Below are positions 51,840-64,000 of a DNA stretch of 64,000 bases, in pieces. Position numbers and translations under genes: made by a program. Numbering within the stretch: the stretch's first letter is position 1; every line of letters begins with the position of its first letter. The stretch comes from Eledone cirrhosa. Its lineage: Eukaryota. The stretch spans positions 992,001 through 1,056,000 of the forward strand of contig OZ024764.1 in NCBI GenBank assembly GCA_964016885.1. Reading direction: 5' to 3'. The notes under the pieces are model-generated. The model did not search any database. It was not told where the DNA came from and worked only from the letters and a program-made list of their open reading frames with translations.

Positions 51840-53030
51840 TATGTTATGTTGGTACCACAATATCCAGTCCGAAACAAATGAGGTTGTGTAGGTGTCACGA
51901 CAAAAAAACACACAGTCCACGCTGTAATGTGGCCGTGTAGGCAACACGGTAAAAACCTCCCAGTCCCACACTGTAAATGTGGTTGGTGTTAGGAAGGGCA
52001 TCCAACTGTAGAAAACCCGCCAGACAGTCCACACTGTAATGTGGCCGTGTAGGCAACACGGTAAAAACCTCCCAGTCCACACTGTAAATGTGGTTGGTGT
52101 TAGGAAGGGCATCCAGCTGTAGAAAACCCGCCAGACAGTCCACGCTGTAATGTGGCCGTGTAGGCAACACGGTAAAAACCTCCCAGTCCACACTGTAAAT
52201 GTGGTTGGTGTTAGGAAGGGCATCCAGCTGTAGAAAACCCGCCAGACAGTCCATGCTGTAATGTGGCCGTGTAGGTAACACGGTAAAAACCTCCCAGTCC
52301 ACACTGTAAATGTGGTTGGTGTTAGGAAGGGCATCCAGCTGTAGAAAACCCGCCAGACAGTCCACGCTGTAATGTGGCCGTGTAGGTAACACGGTAAAAA
52401 CCTCCCAGTCCCACACTGTAAATGTGGTTGGTGTTAGGAAGGGCATCCAACTGTAGAAAACCCGCCAGACAGTCCACACTGTAATGTGGCCGTGTAGGTA
52501 ACACGGTAAAAACCTCCCAGTCCACACTGTAAATGTGGTTGGTGTTAGGAAGGGCATCCAACTGTAGAAAACCCGCCAGACAGTCCACGCTGTAATGTGG
52601 CCGTGTAGGCAACACGGTAAAAACCTCCCAGTCCACACTGTAAATGTGGTTGGTGTTAGGAAGGGCATCCAGCTGTAGAAAACCCGCCAGACAGTCCACG
52701 CTGTAATGTGGCCGTGTAGGCAACACGGTAAAAACCTCCCAGTCCACACTGTAAATGTGGTTGGCGTTAGGAAGGGCATCCAGCTGTAGAAAACCCGCCA
52801 GACAGTCCACGCTGTAATGTGGCCATGTAGGTAACACGGTAAAAACCTCCCAGTCCACACTGTAAATGTGGTTGGCGTTAGGAAGGGCATCCAGCTGTAG
52901 AAAACCCGCCAGACAGTCCTATGCGAGCAAGACAACCACTCTTGTCTCAAGTGGGAAAACGCCCGTCCAAACCCATGCAAGCGTGGAAGATGGACGTTAA
53001 ACGATGATGATGATGATGATGATGATGATA
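51840..53030 (+). mobile_element. RTE 3'UTR fragment with a 111-bp tandem array (about 9 units)
   Basis: Homologous to 29553-30390; (GAT)n tail. Confidence 0.87.
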
Positions 53031-53433
53031 TATATACTAGCTGTTTAACCCTGTTTTACCCGGGAGATTTGGTTCACTGATAAGAATTCAACTTCTTTTC
53101 TCCACCAAGAAACCAACAAAACTCACAAAAAGGGAACACGAAAAACAAAAAATTTTAAGAATAACAAACCGAAACCCTAATAAATTTACTGTCAAATAAG
53201 GTTGAGAACAGAAATATGATTTTGAAGTGAAAAACGAACCACCAGAATGCCACCCATTTAAACTGCTTATTGTAGTTAAATAAACTAATGAAGTGCAAAG
53301 TATACTTTATTAATTTGAATGTGTTGTTTATGCAGGAGAAGTCTGCTTAGAACGCTCAAAACATCAAATCTCGTAATCGAGCATTCACGATACTGACACG
53401 ACGTCAGTTCAATTTGAATGGGAAATTCCTGTA

Positions 53434-53566
53434 TCATCGATTTTCGCCGTAACCATGGAAGCTTGTAGCCTCAAAGTCGACCCAACGCATCCTCAGGTCA
53501 TTCTGCATAACTGTATAAGTTTTCGCTGCATTCCACCAATCCGTTTCAACGCTTATCCGACTACAC
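53434..53566 (-). CDS. Putative terminal coding exon of an unidentified gene
   Basis: Unique sequence, open frame CSRISVETDWWNAAKTYTVMQNDLRMRWVDFEATSFHGYGENR*. Phase-compatible with 56393-56463; AATAAA at 53311-53306. The acceptor is weak because a LINE insertion lies a few bp away. Confidence 0.35.
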
Positions 53567-53572
53567 CTACAT

Positions 53573-54180
53573 GCTGTCGAGACACTGCATCCTTTAAGGC
53601 CTCCATGGAACAAACTACCTGCATGAGTTGTTAGCTGTCGAGACACTGCATCCTTTAAGGCCTCCATGGAACAAACTACCTGCATGAGTTGTTAGCTGTC
53701 GAGACACTGCATCCTTTAAGGCCTCCATGGAACAAACTACCTGCATGAGTTGTTAGCTGTCGAGACACTGCATCCTTTAAAACCTCCATGGAACAAACTA
53801 CCTGCATCAGTTGTTAGCTGTCGAGACACTGCATCCTTTAAAACCTCCATGGAACAAACTACCTGCATCAGTTGTTAGCTGTCGAGACACTGCATCCTTT
53901 AAGGCCTCCATGGAACAAACTACCTGCATCAGTTGTTAGCTGTCGAGACACTGCATCCTTTAAAACCTCCATGGAACAAACTACCTGCATCAGTTGTTAG
54001 CTGTCGAGACACTGCATCCTTTAAGGCCTCCATGCTTCCCGAGATCCACCAACACTACAGCTAACACATACACACATGTACTTCCCTGACATTTGTACAT
54101 TATTCTATGTACTATACATACACTTTTTGATGAGTTGTAGTGCACCTGAGCACTGTACACAATATTTCATTATTATTATA
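53573..54180 (+). mobile_element. CR1/Jockey-like LINE 3' end with a 61-bp tandem array (about 7.5 units)
   Basis: Same unit and 3'UTR as 35012-35772. Confidence 0.78.
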
Positions 54181-54479
54181 TACAATGTCCGACCACTTCC
54201 AATTTACATAGTAGATATATATATATATCACAGAAAAAAGAGAATCAGTGTTGCAACGAAAGGATAAATATTGGACATTCGTTTCTCTGGCGACCAGCTC
54301 GAGGCACGATCGATGTGGTGATCAAACCTGACTCTGAAATCGCAAGGTCCTCGGCTACGTCTCGATTCTACGAAGCAGATTTTCCTATTCTGTGATATCA
54401 TACTTTGCTCTATGAGAGCATCGAGTGCTCATAGGGCCTACCAAATATGGATACTTTAAGCATCCAACACCAATTATAT

Positions 54480-54826
54480 ATCATCATCATCATCATCATT
54501 TCATTTTACGTCCAATTTTCCCTGCTTGCAAGGGTGGGACGGGAACTGATTCTGGCTTCATTTCTACAGCTGGATGCCCTTCCTAACACCAACCTCATTT
54601 ACAGTGAGTGCAGGGTGCTTTTTTGCCGTGGCACCTCCACGACCACTTTGCAGTGGAATGATAGGGACCCCAGTCCCTATCATCTCATTTCTACAGCTGA
54701 GTAAACTGGAGCAATGTGAAATAAAGTGTCTTGCTCAAGGAAACAACACATCACCCGGTCTGAGAATTGAACTCACAACCTTTCGATTGCAAGGCCAATG
54801 CTCTAACCACTAAGCCATGTGCCTCC
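54480..54826 (-). mobile_element. Full-length tRNA-derived SINE (type A tail), single 49-bp unit
   Basis: Reverse complement of the 51163-51499 family. Confidence 0.92.
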
Positions 54827-54841
54827 ATATATATATATATA

Positions 54842-54945
54842 TTAAGAAAATAAACCAAAGAAGCCTTCAATACATCAAAAGTCTTTATTAGCTAACAATA
54901 AAGACTTTTGATGTATTGAAGGCTTCTTTGGTTTATTTTCTTAAT
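54842..54945. repeat. ~48-bp-arm hairpin (inverted tail copy) next to (TA)n
   Basis: TTAAGAAAATAAACC...GTCTTTATT / AATAAAGAC...GGTTTATTTTCTTAA. Confidence 0.8.
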
Positions 54946-55044
54946 TCTTTGGCTCTGTTTAATTACATTGAGCTATACCTTTACTGTCATTTCTATAATA
55001 TGAAGAGGGTGTTTAACTCCAACACACTCTAGTATTTTAATTCT

Positions 55045-55088
<44 letters not shown>

Positions 55089-55250
55089 TATATATAAATA
55101 TCGTTTTGCTCAAGAATACAACATACAACCCAGTCCTGAAATCCATGGTATAATGATCATTGGTCAAACACCCTCACTACTAGGCTACGTACCCCCACCA
55201 TCGTTCCAAATCCATTTTCAGGACTAGCATGGGTTAGACGGAACATGGGC

Positions 55251-55281
<31 letters not shown>

Positions 55282-55826
55282 TGCCCCCTCGTTATCGAGT
55301 ATGGCCTTTGCACGATATACCAATATTAATAATTATCAATTAATTCTATCGTGCAATGCCTGTGTGTGAAGATATGTTTTAAAGTGAGGAAAGACTGTGC
55401 ACTGAGCCAATCCCACTCTCTGAGAGACAGTAGCTATAACCTGAAAAGAAGAAAAGATCAACATCATCTGTAACTACTGAGCTGCAGGTTTTATATCGGA
55501 GTTATCCCAGTTTCCTGAGTTACCTTCTCCTAGAAGAAGGCCCTGACAAAGGCTAGGGGTCCTTCACTCCCAGTGGTTTAACTGCGTGGTACATGTCTAT
55601 ATACATATTTACACACTTTCAGATGGCCGTTGACTCTTATGAGTTTCTTCCGCTCTTTGTCAGGTTTTGTTTTTTTGTCCTGCAGGGTGTCCAAAATCAC
55701 CCTCCTCACCCAGTAAACCTGGTGGGGTTGCCGGTTTAGTCGCCGACGAGCCGACCATGCGACAGGTTGTACTGGTTTACTTGTTACCAGTAGCACTCAA
55801 GAGTGAGCTGATATATATATATATAT

Positions 55827-55857
<31 letters not shown>

Positions 55858-55892
55858 CATACATATATACATACATACATATATATATATAT

Positions 55893-56196
55893 ATCATCAT
55901 CATCATCATTTTACGTCCGCTTTTCCCTGCTTGCAAGGGTGGGACGGGTCCTATTCAGCCCAGCATCTCTCCACTTGTCACAGTCCTTCGTCATCTCCTC
56001 CGTGAGCTTCAGCAATCTGAGGTCTGCTCTCACCACCTCCACCCATGTTTTTCATGGTCTTCCTCTACCACGTCTTCCTTCTACTGGGATTTCTTGGCAC
56101 TTCTTTACCCAACGGTCATCCTCCATGCGCATCACATGTCTATACCACTGCAGTCTCCTCTCCCTCACACCACAACTTATCCCTCTTATTCACAGT
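55893..56196 (-). mobile_element. RTE LINE 3' fragment (unexpanded counterpart of 24640-25670)
   Basis: Reverse complement of ~25370-25670. Confidence 0.9.
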
Positions 56197-56214
56197 TTAT
56201 ATATATATATGTGT

Positions 56215-56330
56215 GTGGGGAGGTGTGTGGCCTAGTGGTAAGGGTGTTGGACTTACTATCATAATGTCGTGGGTTCAATTCCTGGGTTGTGTGTTGTGTT
56301 CTTGAGCAAAACACTTCATTTCACGTTGCA
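56215..56330 (+). mobile_element. tRNA-SINE head fragment
   Basis: TGGCCTAGTGGTAAGG...GGGTTCAATTCCTGG...TTCTTGAGCAAAACAC. Confidence 0.75.
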
Positions 56331-56392
56331 ACATAAAAGACATTTCCATCTCATTCATTATGCTATGACCATATACCATACAAAAGACTTAC

Positions 56393-56463
56393 CTGTATAG
56401 TTTCTTCATTTTCTCTGACCTGCAATGGCACCAGGTAAGTGGCTGCGACATAATATTTGTCAC
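56393..56463 (-). CDS. Putative 71-nt internal exon of an unidentified gene
   Basis: Strong acceptor ttttcatattcttttcctgtgcag and donor CAG|GTAAGT. Two open frames: VTNIMSQPLTWCHCRSEKMKKLYR or DKYYVAATYLVPLQVRENEETIQ. Confidence 0.5.
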
Positions 56464-56674
56464 CTGCACAGGAAAAGAATATGAAAATATTCTGAGGAAG
56501 AAAATTTACTAAAAACATTGCAAATAATTAGCAAAGCATTTGTAATGGAATTACAACTTTTTGACAGGGATTGTGTATTTTTTTTTTCTTTCTTTTCATG
56601 TTGTTTATCTTGATTATGTGATTCTCTCTCTCTCTTACTCTGTTGTTTCTCATTCTCTCACTCTATGTATATAT

Positions 56675-59600
56675 CATCATCATCTCATCATCTTCGTTTA
56701 ACGTCCATCTTCCACGCTAGCATGGGTTAGACGGGAGTTGTCCCATTTGAGGCAAGGTTGGTCGGGTGACCGTGTCTCGATCATATAGGACTGTCTGGCA
56801 GGTTTTCTACGGCTGGATGCCCTTCCTAACACCAACCACGTTTACAGTGTGGACTGGGAGGTTTTTTACTGTGTTACCTACACGGCCACTTTACAGCGTG
56901 GACTGTGTGTTTCTACTGTCTCTCCTACACGACCACATTACAGTGTGGACTGTGTGTTTTTTTACTGTCTCTCCTACACGACCACTTTACAGCGTGGAGT
57001 GGGTGTTTTTTTACTGTCTCTCCTACACGACCACTTTACAGCGTGGACTGTGTGTTTTTTTACTGTCTCTCCTACACGACCACTTTACAGCGTGGACTGT
57101 GTGTTTTTTTACTGTCTCTCCTACACGACCACTTTACAGCGTGGACTGTGTGTTTTTTTACTGTCTCTCCTACACGACCACTTTACAGCGTGGAGTGGGT
57201 GTTTTTTTACTGTCTCTCCTACACGACCACTTTACAGCGTGGACTGTGTGTTTTTTTACTGTCTCTCCTACACGACCACTTTACAGCGTGGACTGTGTGT
57301 TTTTACTGTCTCTCCTACACGACCACTTTACAGTGGAGTGGGTGTTTTTTTACTGTCTCTCCTGCACGACCACTTTACAGTGTGGACTGTGTGTTTTTAC
57401 TGTCTCTCCTACACGACCACTTTACAGTGGAGTGGGTGTTTTTTTACTGTCTCTCCTACACGACCACTTTACAGCGTGGAGTGGGTGTTTTTTTACTGTC
57501 TCTCCTACACGACCACTTTACAGTGTGGAGTGGGTGTTTTTACTGTCTCTCCTACACGACCACTTTACAGCGTGGAGTGGGTGTTTTTTTACTGTCTCTC
57601 CTACACGACCACTTTACAGTGTGGAGTGGGTGTGTTTTTACTGTCTCTCCTACACGACCACTTTACAGCGTGGACTGTGTGTTTTTACTGTCTCTCCTAC
57701 ACGACCACTTTACAGTGTGGAGTGGGTGTTTTTACTGTCTCTCCTACACGACCACTTTACAGTGGAGTGGGTGTTTTTTTACTGTCTCTCCTGCACGACC
57801 ACTTTACAGTGTGGAGTGGGTGTGTTTTTACTGTCTCTCCTACACGACCACTTTACAGCGTGGACTGTGTGTTTTTACTGTCTCTCCTACACGACCACTT
57901 TACAGTGGAGTGGGTGTTTTTTTACTGTCTCTCCTGCACGACCACTTTACAGCGTGGAGTGTGTGTTTTTACTGTCTCTCCTACACGACCACTTTACAGC
58001 GTGGACTGTGTGTTTTTACTGTCTCTCCTACACGACCACTTTACAGCGTGGACTGTGTGTTTTTACTGTCTCTCCTACACGACCACTTTACAGCGTGGAC
58101 TGTGTGTTTTTTTACTGTCTCTCCTACACGACCACTTTACAGTGGATTGGGTGTTTTTTTACTGTCTCTCCTACACGACCACTTTACAGCGTGGACTGTG
58201 TGTTTTTACTGTCTCTCCTACACGACCACTTTACAGTGTGGACTGTGTGTTTTTTTACTGTCTCTCCTACACGACCACTTTACAGCGTGGACTGTGTGTT
58301 TTTTTACTGTCTCTCCTGCACGACCACATTACAGCGTGGAGTGGGTGTTTTTACTGTCTCTCCTACATGACCACTTTACAGCGTGGACTGTGTGTTTTTA
58401 CTGTCTCTCCTACATGACCACTTTACAGCGTGGACTGTGTTTTTTTACTGTCTCTCCTACACGACCACTTTACAGTGTGGAGTGGGTGTTTTTTTACTGT
58501 CTCTCCTACACGACCACTTTACAGCGTGGACTGTGTGTTTTTACTGTCTCTCCTACACGACCACTTTACAGTGGAGTGGGTGTTTTTTTACTGTCTCTCC
58601 TGCACGACCACTTTACAGCGTGGAGTGTGTGTTTTTACTGTCTCTCCTACACGACCACTTTACAGCGTGGACTGTGTGTTTTTACTGTCTCTCCTACACG
58701 ACCACTTTACAGCGTGGACTGTGTGTTTTTACTGTCTCTCCTACACGACCACTTTACAGCGTGGACTGTGTGTTTTTTTACTGTCTCTCCTACACGACCA
58801 CTTTACAGTGGATTGGGTGTTTTTTTACTGTCTCTCCTACACGACCACTTTACAGCGTGGACTGTGTGTTTTTACTGTCTCTCCTACACGACCACTTTAC
58901 AGTGTGGACTGTGTGTTTTTTTACTGTCTCTCCTACACGACCACTTTACAGCGTGGACTGTGTGTTTTTTTACTGTCTCTCCTGCACGACCACATTACAG
59001 CGTGGAGTGGGTGTTTTTACTGTCTCTCCTACATGACCACTTTACAGCGTGGACTGTGTGTTTTTACTGTCTCTCCTACATGACCCCTTTACAGCGTGGA
59101 CTGTGTTTTTTTACTGTCTCTCCTACACGACCACTTTACAGTGTGGAGTGGGTGTTTTTTTACTGTCTCTCCTACACGACCACTTTACAGCGTGGACTGT
59201 GTGTTTTTACTGTCTCTCCTACACGACCACTTTACAGTGTGGAGTGGGTGTTTTTTTACTGTCTCTCCTACACGACCACTTTACAGTGTGGAGTGGGTGT
59301 TTTTTTACTGTCTCTCCTACACGACCACTTTACAGTGTGGAGTGGGTGTTTTTACTGTCTCTCCTACACGACCACTTTACAGTGTGGAGTGGGTGTTTTT
59401 TTACTGTCTCTCCTACACGACCACTTTACAGCGTGGACTGTGTGTTTTTACTGTCTCTCCTACACGACCACTTTACAGTGTGGACTGTGTGTTTTTTTAC
59501 TGTCTCTCCTACACGACCACTTTACAGCGTGGACTGTGTGTTTTTTTACTGTCTCTCCTACACGACCACTTTACAGCGTGGACTGTGTGTTTTTTTACTG

Positions 59601-62600
59601 TCTCTCCTACACGACCACTTTACAGCGTGGACTGTGTGTTTTTTTACTGTCTCTCCTACACGACCACTTTACAGTGTGGACTGTGTGTTTTTTTACTGTC
59701 TCTCCTACACGACCACTTTACAGCGTGGACTGTGTGTTTTTTTACTGTCTCTCCTACACGACCACTTTACAGCGTGGACTGTGTGTTTTTTTACTGTCTC
59801 TCCTACACGACCACTTTACAGTGTGGACTGTGTGTTTTTTTACTGTCTCTCCTACACGACCACTTTACAGCGTGGACTGTGTGTTTTTACTGTCTCTCCT
59901 ACACGACCACTTTACAGCGTGGACTGTGTGTTTTTACTGTCTCTCCTACACGACCACTTTACAGCGTGGACTGTGTGTTTTTACTGTCTCTCCTACACGA
60001 CCACTTTACAGCGTGGAGTGGGTGTTTTTACTGTCTCTCCTACACGACCACTTTACAGTGTGGACTGTGTGTTTTTTTACTGTCTCTCCTACACGACCAC
60101 TTTACAGCGTGGACTGTGTGTTTTTACTGTCTCTCCTACACGACCACTTTACAGCGTGGACTGTGTGTTTTTACTGTCTCTCCTACACGACCACTTTACA
60201 GCGTGGACTGTGTGTTTTTACTGTCTCTCCTACACGACCACTTTACAGCGTGGAGTGGGTGTTTTTACTGTCTCTCCTGCACGACCACTTTACAGCGTGG
60301 AGTGGGTGTTTTTACTGTCTCTCCTACACGACCACTTTACAGCATGGAGTGGGTGTTTTTTTACTGTCTCTCCTACACGACCACTTTACAGTGTGGAGTG
60401 GGTGTTTTTTTACTGTCTCTCCTACACGACCACTTTACAGTGTGGACTGTGTGTTTTTACTGTCTCTCCTACACGACCACTTTACAGTGTGGAGTGGGTG
60501 TTTTTACTGTCTCTCCTACACGACCACTTTACAGTGTGGACTGTGTGTTTTTACTGTCTCTCCTACACGACCACTTTACAGTGTGGAGTGGGTGTTTTTT
60601 TACTGTCTCTCCTACACGACCACTTTACAGTGTGGACTGTGTGTTTTTACTGTCTCTCCTACACGACCACTTTACAGTGTGGAGTGGGTGTTTTTACTGT
60701 CTCTCCTACACGACCACTTTACAGTGTGGACTGTGTGTTTTTACTGTCTCTCCTACACGACCACTTTACAGTGTGGAGTGGGTGTTTTTTTACTGTCTCT
60801 CCTACACGACCACTTTACAGTGTGGACTGTGTGTTTTTACTGTCTCTCCTACACGACCACTTTACAGTGTGGAGTGGGTGTTTTTTTACTGTCTCTCCTA
60901 CACGACCACTTTACAGTGGAGTGGGTGTTTTTTTACTGTCTCTCCTACACGACCACTTTGCAGTGTGGACTGTGTGTTTTTACTGTCTCTCCTACACGAC
61001 CACTTTACAGTGTGGACTGTGTGTTTTTACTGTCTCTCCTACACGACCACTTTACAGTGTGGACTGTGTGTTTTTACTGTCTCTCCTACACGACCACTTT
61101 ACAGTGGAGTGGGTGTTTTTTTACTGTCTCTCCTACACGACCACTTTGCAGTGTGGACTGTGTGTTTTTACTGTCTCTCCTACACGACCACTTTACAGCG
61201 TGGAGTGGGTGTTTTTTTACTGTCTCTCCTACACGACCACTTTACAGTGTGGAGTGGGTGTTTTTACTGTCTCTCCTACACGACCACATTACAGCGTGGA
61301 GTGGGTGTTTTTTTACTGTCTCTCCTACACGACCACTTTACAGCGTGGAGTGGGTGTTTTTTTACTGTCTCTCCTACACGACCACTTTACAGTGTGGAGT
61401 GGGTGTTTTTTTACTGTCTCTCCTACACGACCACTTTACAGCGTGGACTGTGTGTTTTTTTACTGTCTCTCCTACACGACCACTTTACAGCGTGGACTGT
61501 GTGTTTTTACTGTCTCTCCTACATGACCACTTTACAGCGTGGAGTGGGTGTTTTTTTACTGTCTCTCCTACACGACCACTTTACAGTGTGGAGTGGGTGT
61601 TTTTTTACTGTCTCTCCTACACGACCACTTTACAGCGTGGAGTGGGTGTTTTTTTACTGTCTCTCCTACACGACCACTTTACAGCGTGGAGTGGGTGTTT
61701 TTTTACTGTCTCTCCTACACGACCACTTTACAGTGTGGACTGTGTGTTTTTACTGTCTCTCCTACACGACCACTTTACAGTGTGGAGTGGGTGTTTTTTT
61801 ACTGTCTCTCCTACACGACCACTTTACAGTGTGGACTGTGTGTTTTTACTGTCTCTCCTACACGACCACTTTACAGTGTGGAGTGGGTGTGTTTTTACTG
61901 TCTCTCCTGCACGACCACTTTACAGCGTGGAGTGGGTGTGTTTTTACTGTCTCTCCTACATGACCACTTTACAGCGTGGAGTGGGTGTTTTTTTACTGTC
62001 TCTCCTACACGACCACTTTACAGCGTGGAGTGGGTGTTTTTTTACTGTCTCTCCTACACGACCACTTTACAGTGTGGAGTGGGTGTTTTTTTACTGTCTC
62101 TCCTACACGACCACTTTACAGCGTGGACTGTGTGTTTTTTTACTGTGTCTCCTACACGACCACATTACAGCGTGGACTGTGTTTTTTTACTGTCTCTCCT
62201 ACACGACCACTTTACAGTGTGGAGTGGGTGTTTTTTTACTGTCTCTCCTACACGACCACATTACAGCGTGGACTGTGTTTTTTTACTGTCTCTCCTACAC
62301 GACCACTTTACAGCGTGGACTGTGTGTTTTTTTACTGTCTCTCCTACACGACCACTTTACAGCGTGGAGTGGGTGTTTTTACTGTCTCTCCTACACGACC
62401 ACTTTACAGTGTGGAGTGGGTGTTTTTTTACTGTCTCTCCTACACGACCACTTTACAGCGTGGAGTGGGTGTTTTTACTGTCTCTCCTACACGACCACTT
62501 TACAGTGTGGAGTGGGTGTTTTTACTGTCTCTCCTACACGACCACTTTACAGTGTGGAGTGGGTGTTTTTTTACTGTCTCTCCTACACGACCACATTACA

Positions 62601-64000
62601 GCGTGGACTGTGTTTTTTTACTGTCTCTCCTACACGACCACTTTACAGCGTGGACTGTGTGTTTTTTTACTGTCTCTCCTACACGACCACTTTACAGCGT
62701 GGAGTGGGTGTTTTTACTGTCTCTCCTACACGACCACTTTACAGTGTGGAGTGGGTGTTTTTACTGTCTCTCCTACACGACCACTTTACAGCGTGGAGTG
62801 GGTGTTTTTTTACTGTCTCTCCTACACGACCACTTTACAGCGTGGACTGTGTTTTTTTACTGTCTCTCCTACACGACCACTTTACAGCGTGGAGTGGGTG
62901 TTTTTTTACTGTCTCTCCTACACGACCACTTTACAGTGTGGAGTGGGTGTTTTTTTACTGTCTCTCCTGCACGACCACTTTACAGTGTGGAGTGGGTGTT
63001 TTTACTGTCTCTCCTACACGACCACTTTACAGCGTGGACTGTGTGTTTTTTTACTGTCTCTCCTACACGACCACTTTACAGCGTGGAGTGGGTGTTTTTT
63101 TACTGTCTCTCCTACACGACCACTTTACAGTGTGGAGTGGGTGTTTTTTTACTGTCTCTCCTGCACGACCACTTTACAGCGTGGACTGTGTGTTTTTTTA
63201 CTGTCTCTCCTACACGACCACTTTACAGCGTGGAGTGGGTGTTTTTTTACTGTCTCTCCTACACGACCACTTTACAGTGTGGAGTGGGTGTTTTTTTACT
63301 GTCTCTCCTACACGACCACTTTACAGCGTGGACTGTGTGTTTTTACTGTCTCTCCTACACGACCACTTTACAGCGTGGAGTGGGTGTTTTTTTACTGTCT
63401 CTCCTACACGACCACTTTACAGCGTGGACTGTGTTTTTTTACTGTCTCTCCTACACGACCACTTTACAGCGTGGAGTGGGTGTTTTTACTGTCTCTCCTG
63501 CACGACCACATTACAGTGTGGACTGTGTTTTTTTACTGTCTCTCCTACACGACCACTTTACAGTGTGGACTGTGTGTTTTTACTGTCTCTCCTACACGAC
63601 CACTTTACAGTGTGGAGTGGGTGTTTTTACTGTCTCTCCTACACGACCACTTTACAGCGTGGACTGTGTGTTTTTTTACTGTCTCTCCTACACGACCACT
63701 TTACAGCGTGGAGTGGGTGTTTTTTTACTGTCTCTCCTACACGACCACTTTACAGTGTGGAATGGGTGTTTTTTTACTGTCTCTCCTGCACGACCACTTT
63801 ACAGCGTGGACTGTGTGTTTTTTTACTGTCTCTCCTACACGACCACTTTACAGTGTGGATTGTGTGTTTTTACTGTCTCTCCTACACGACCACTTTACAG
63901 CGTGGAGTGGGTGTTTTTACTGTCTCTCCTACACGACCACTTTACAGCGTGGAGTGGGTGTTTTTTTACTGTCTCTCCTACACGACCACTTTACAGTGTG
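56675..64000 (-). repeat. RTE/SINE tail (56675-56880) followed by a >7-kb 45-49-bp satellite running off the window
   Basis: Unit GACCACTTTACAGCGTGGACTGTGTGTTTTTTTACTGTCTCTCCTACAC; homologous to the arrays at 1, 5215, 36303 and 41219. Confidence 0.95.

Overview
Repeat-saturated eukaryotic DNA. The SINE, RTE and MITE families and the (TA)n/(CAC)n tracts suggest an octopus-type cephalopod genome (inference). Almost every long ORF in the supplied track is a translation artefact of tandem repeats. The real coding signals are: (i) the first coding exon of a tyrosine aminotransferase gene on the minus strand (4117-4258); (ii) two possible terminal exons of an unidentified minus-strand gene (56393-56463 and 53434-53566); (iii) two Penelope-like element (PLE) GIY-YIG endonuclease remnants of different clades; (iv) several RTE and CR1-like LINE 3' ends. 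The most striking unannotated signal is at least 13 minimal type I hammerhead ribozyme motifs from about 10 sequence families. They lie in short non-coding cassettes inserted in (TA)n, often with an inverted partial copy, and several share a mismatch at stem II position 4 and a downstream GAG(T/C)(G/A)C motif. A tRNA-headed SINE shows the same PLE-style inverted architecture. Most satellites here trace to short internal segments of retroelements. The same RTE 'LRWxGHVxRM' coding segment was amplified independently in three RTE families. All folds and alignments were done by eye, so element boundaries are approximate.
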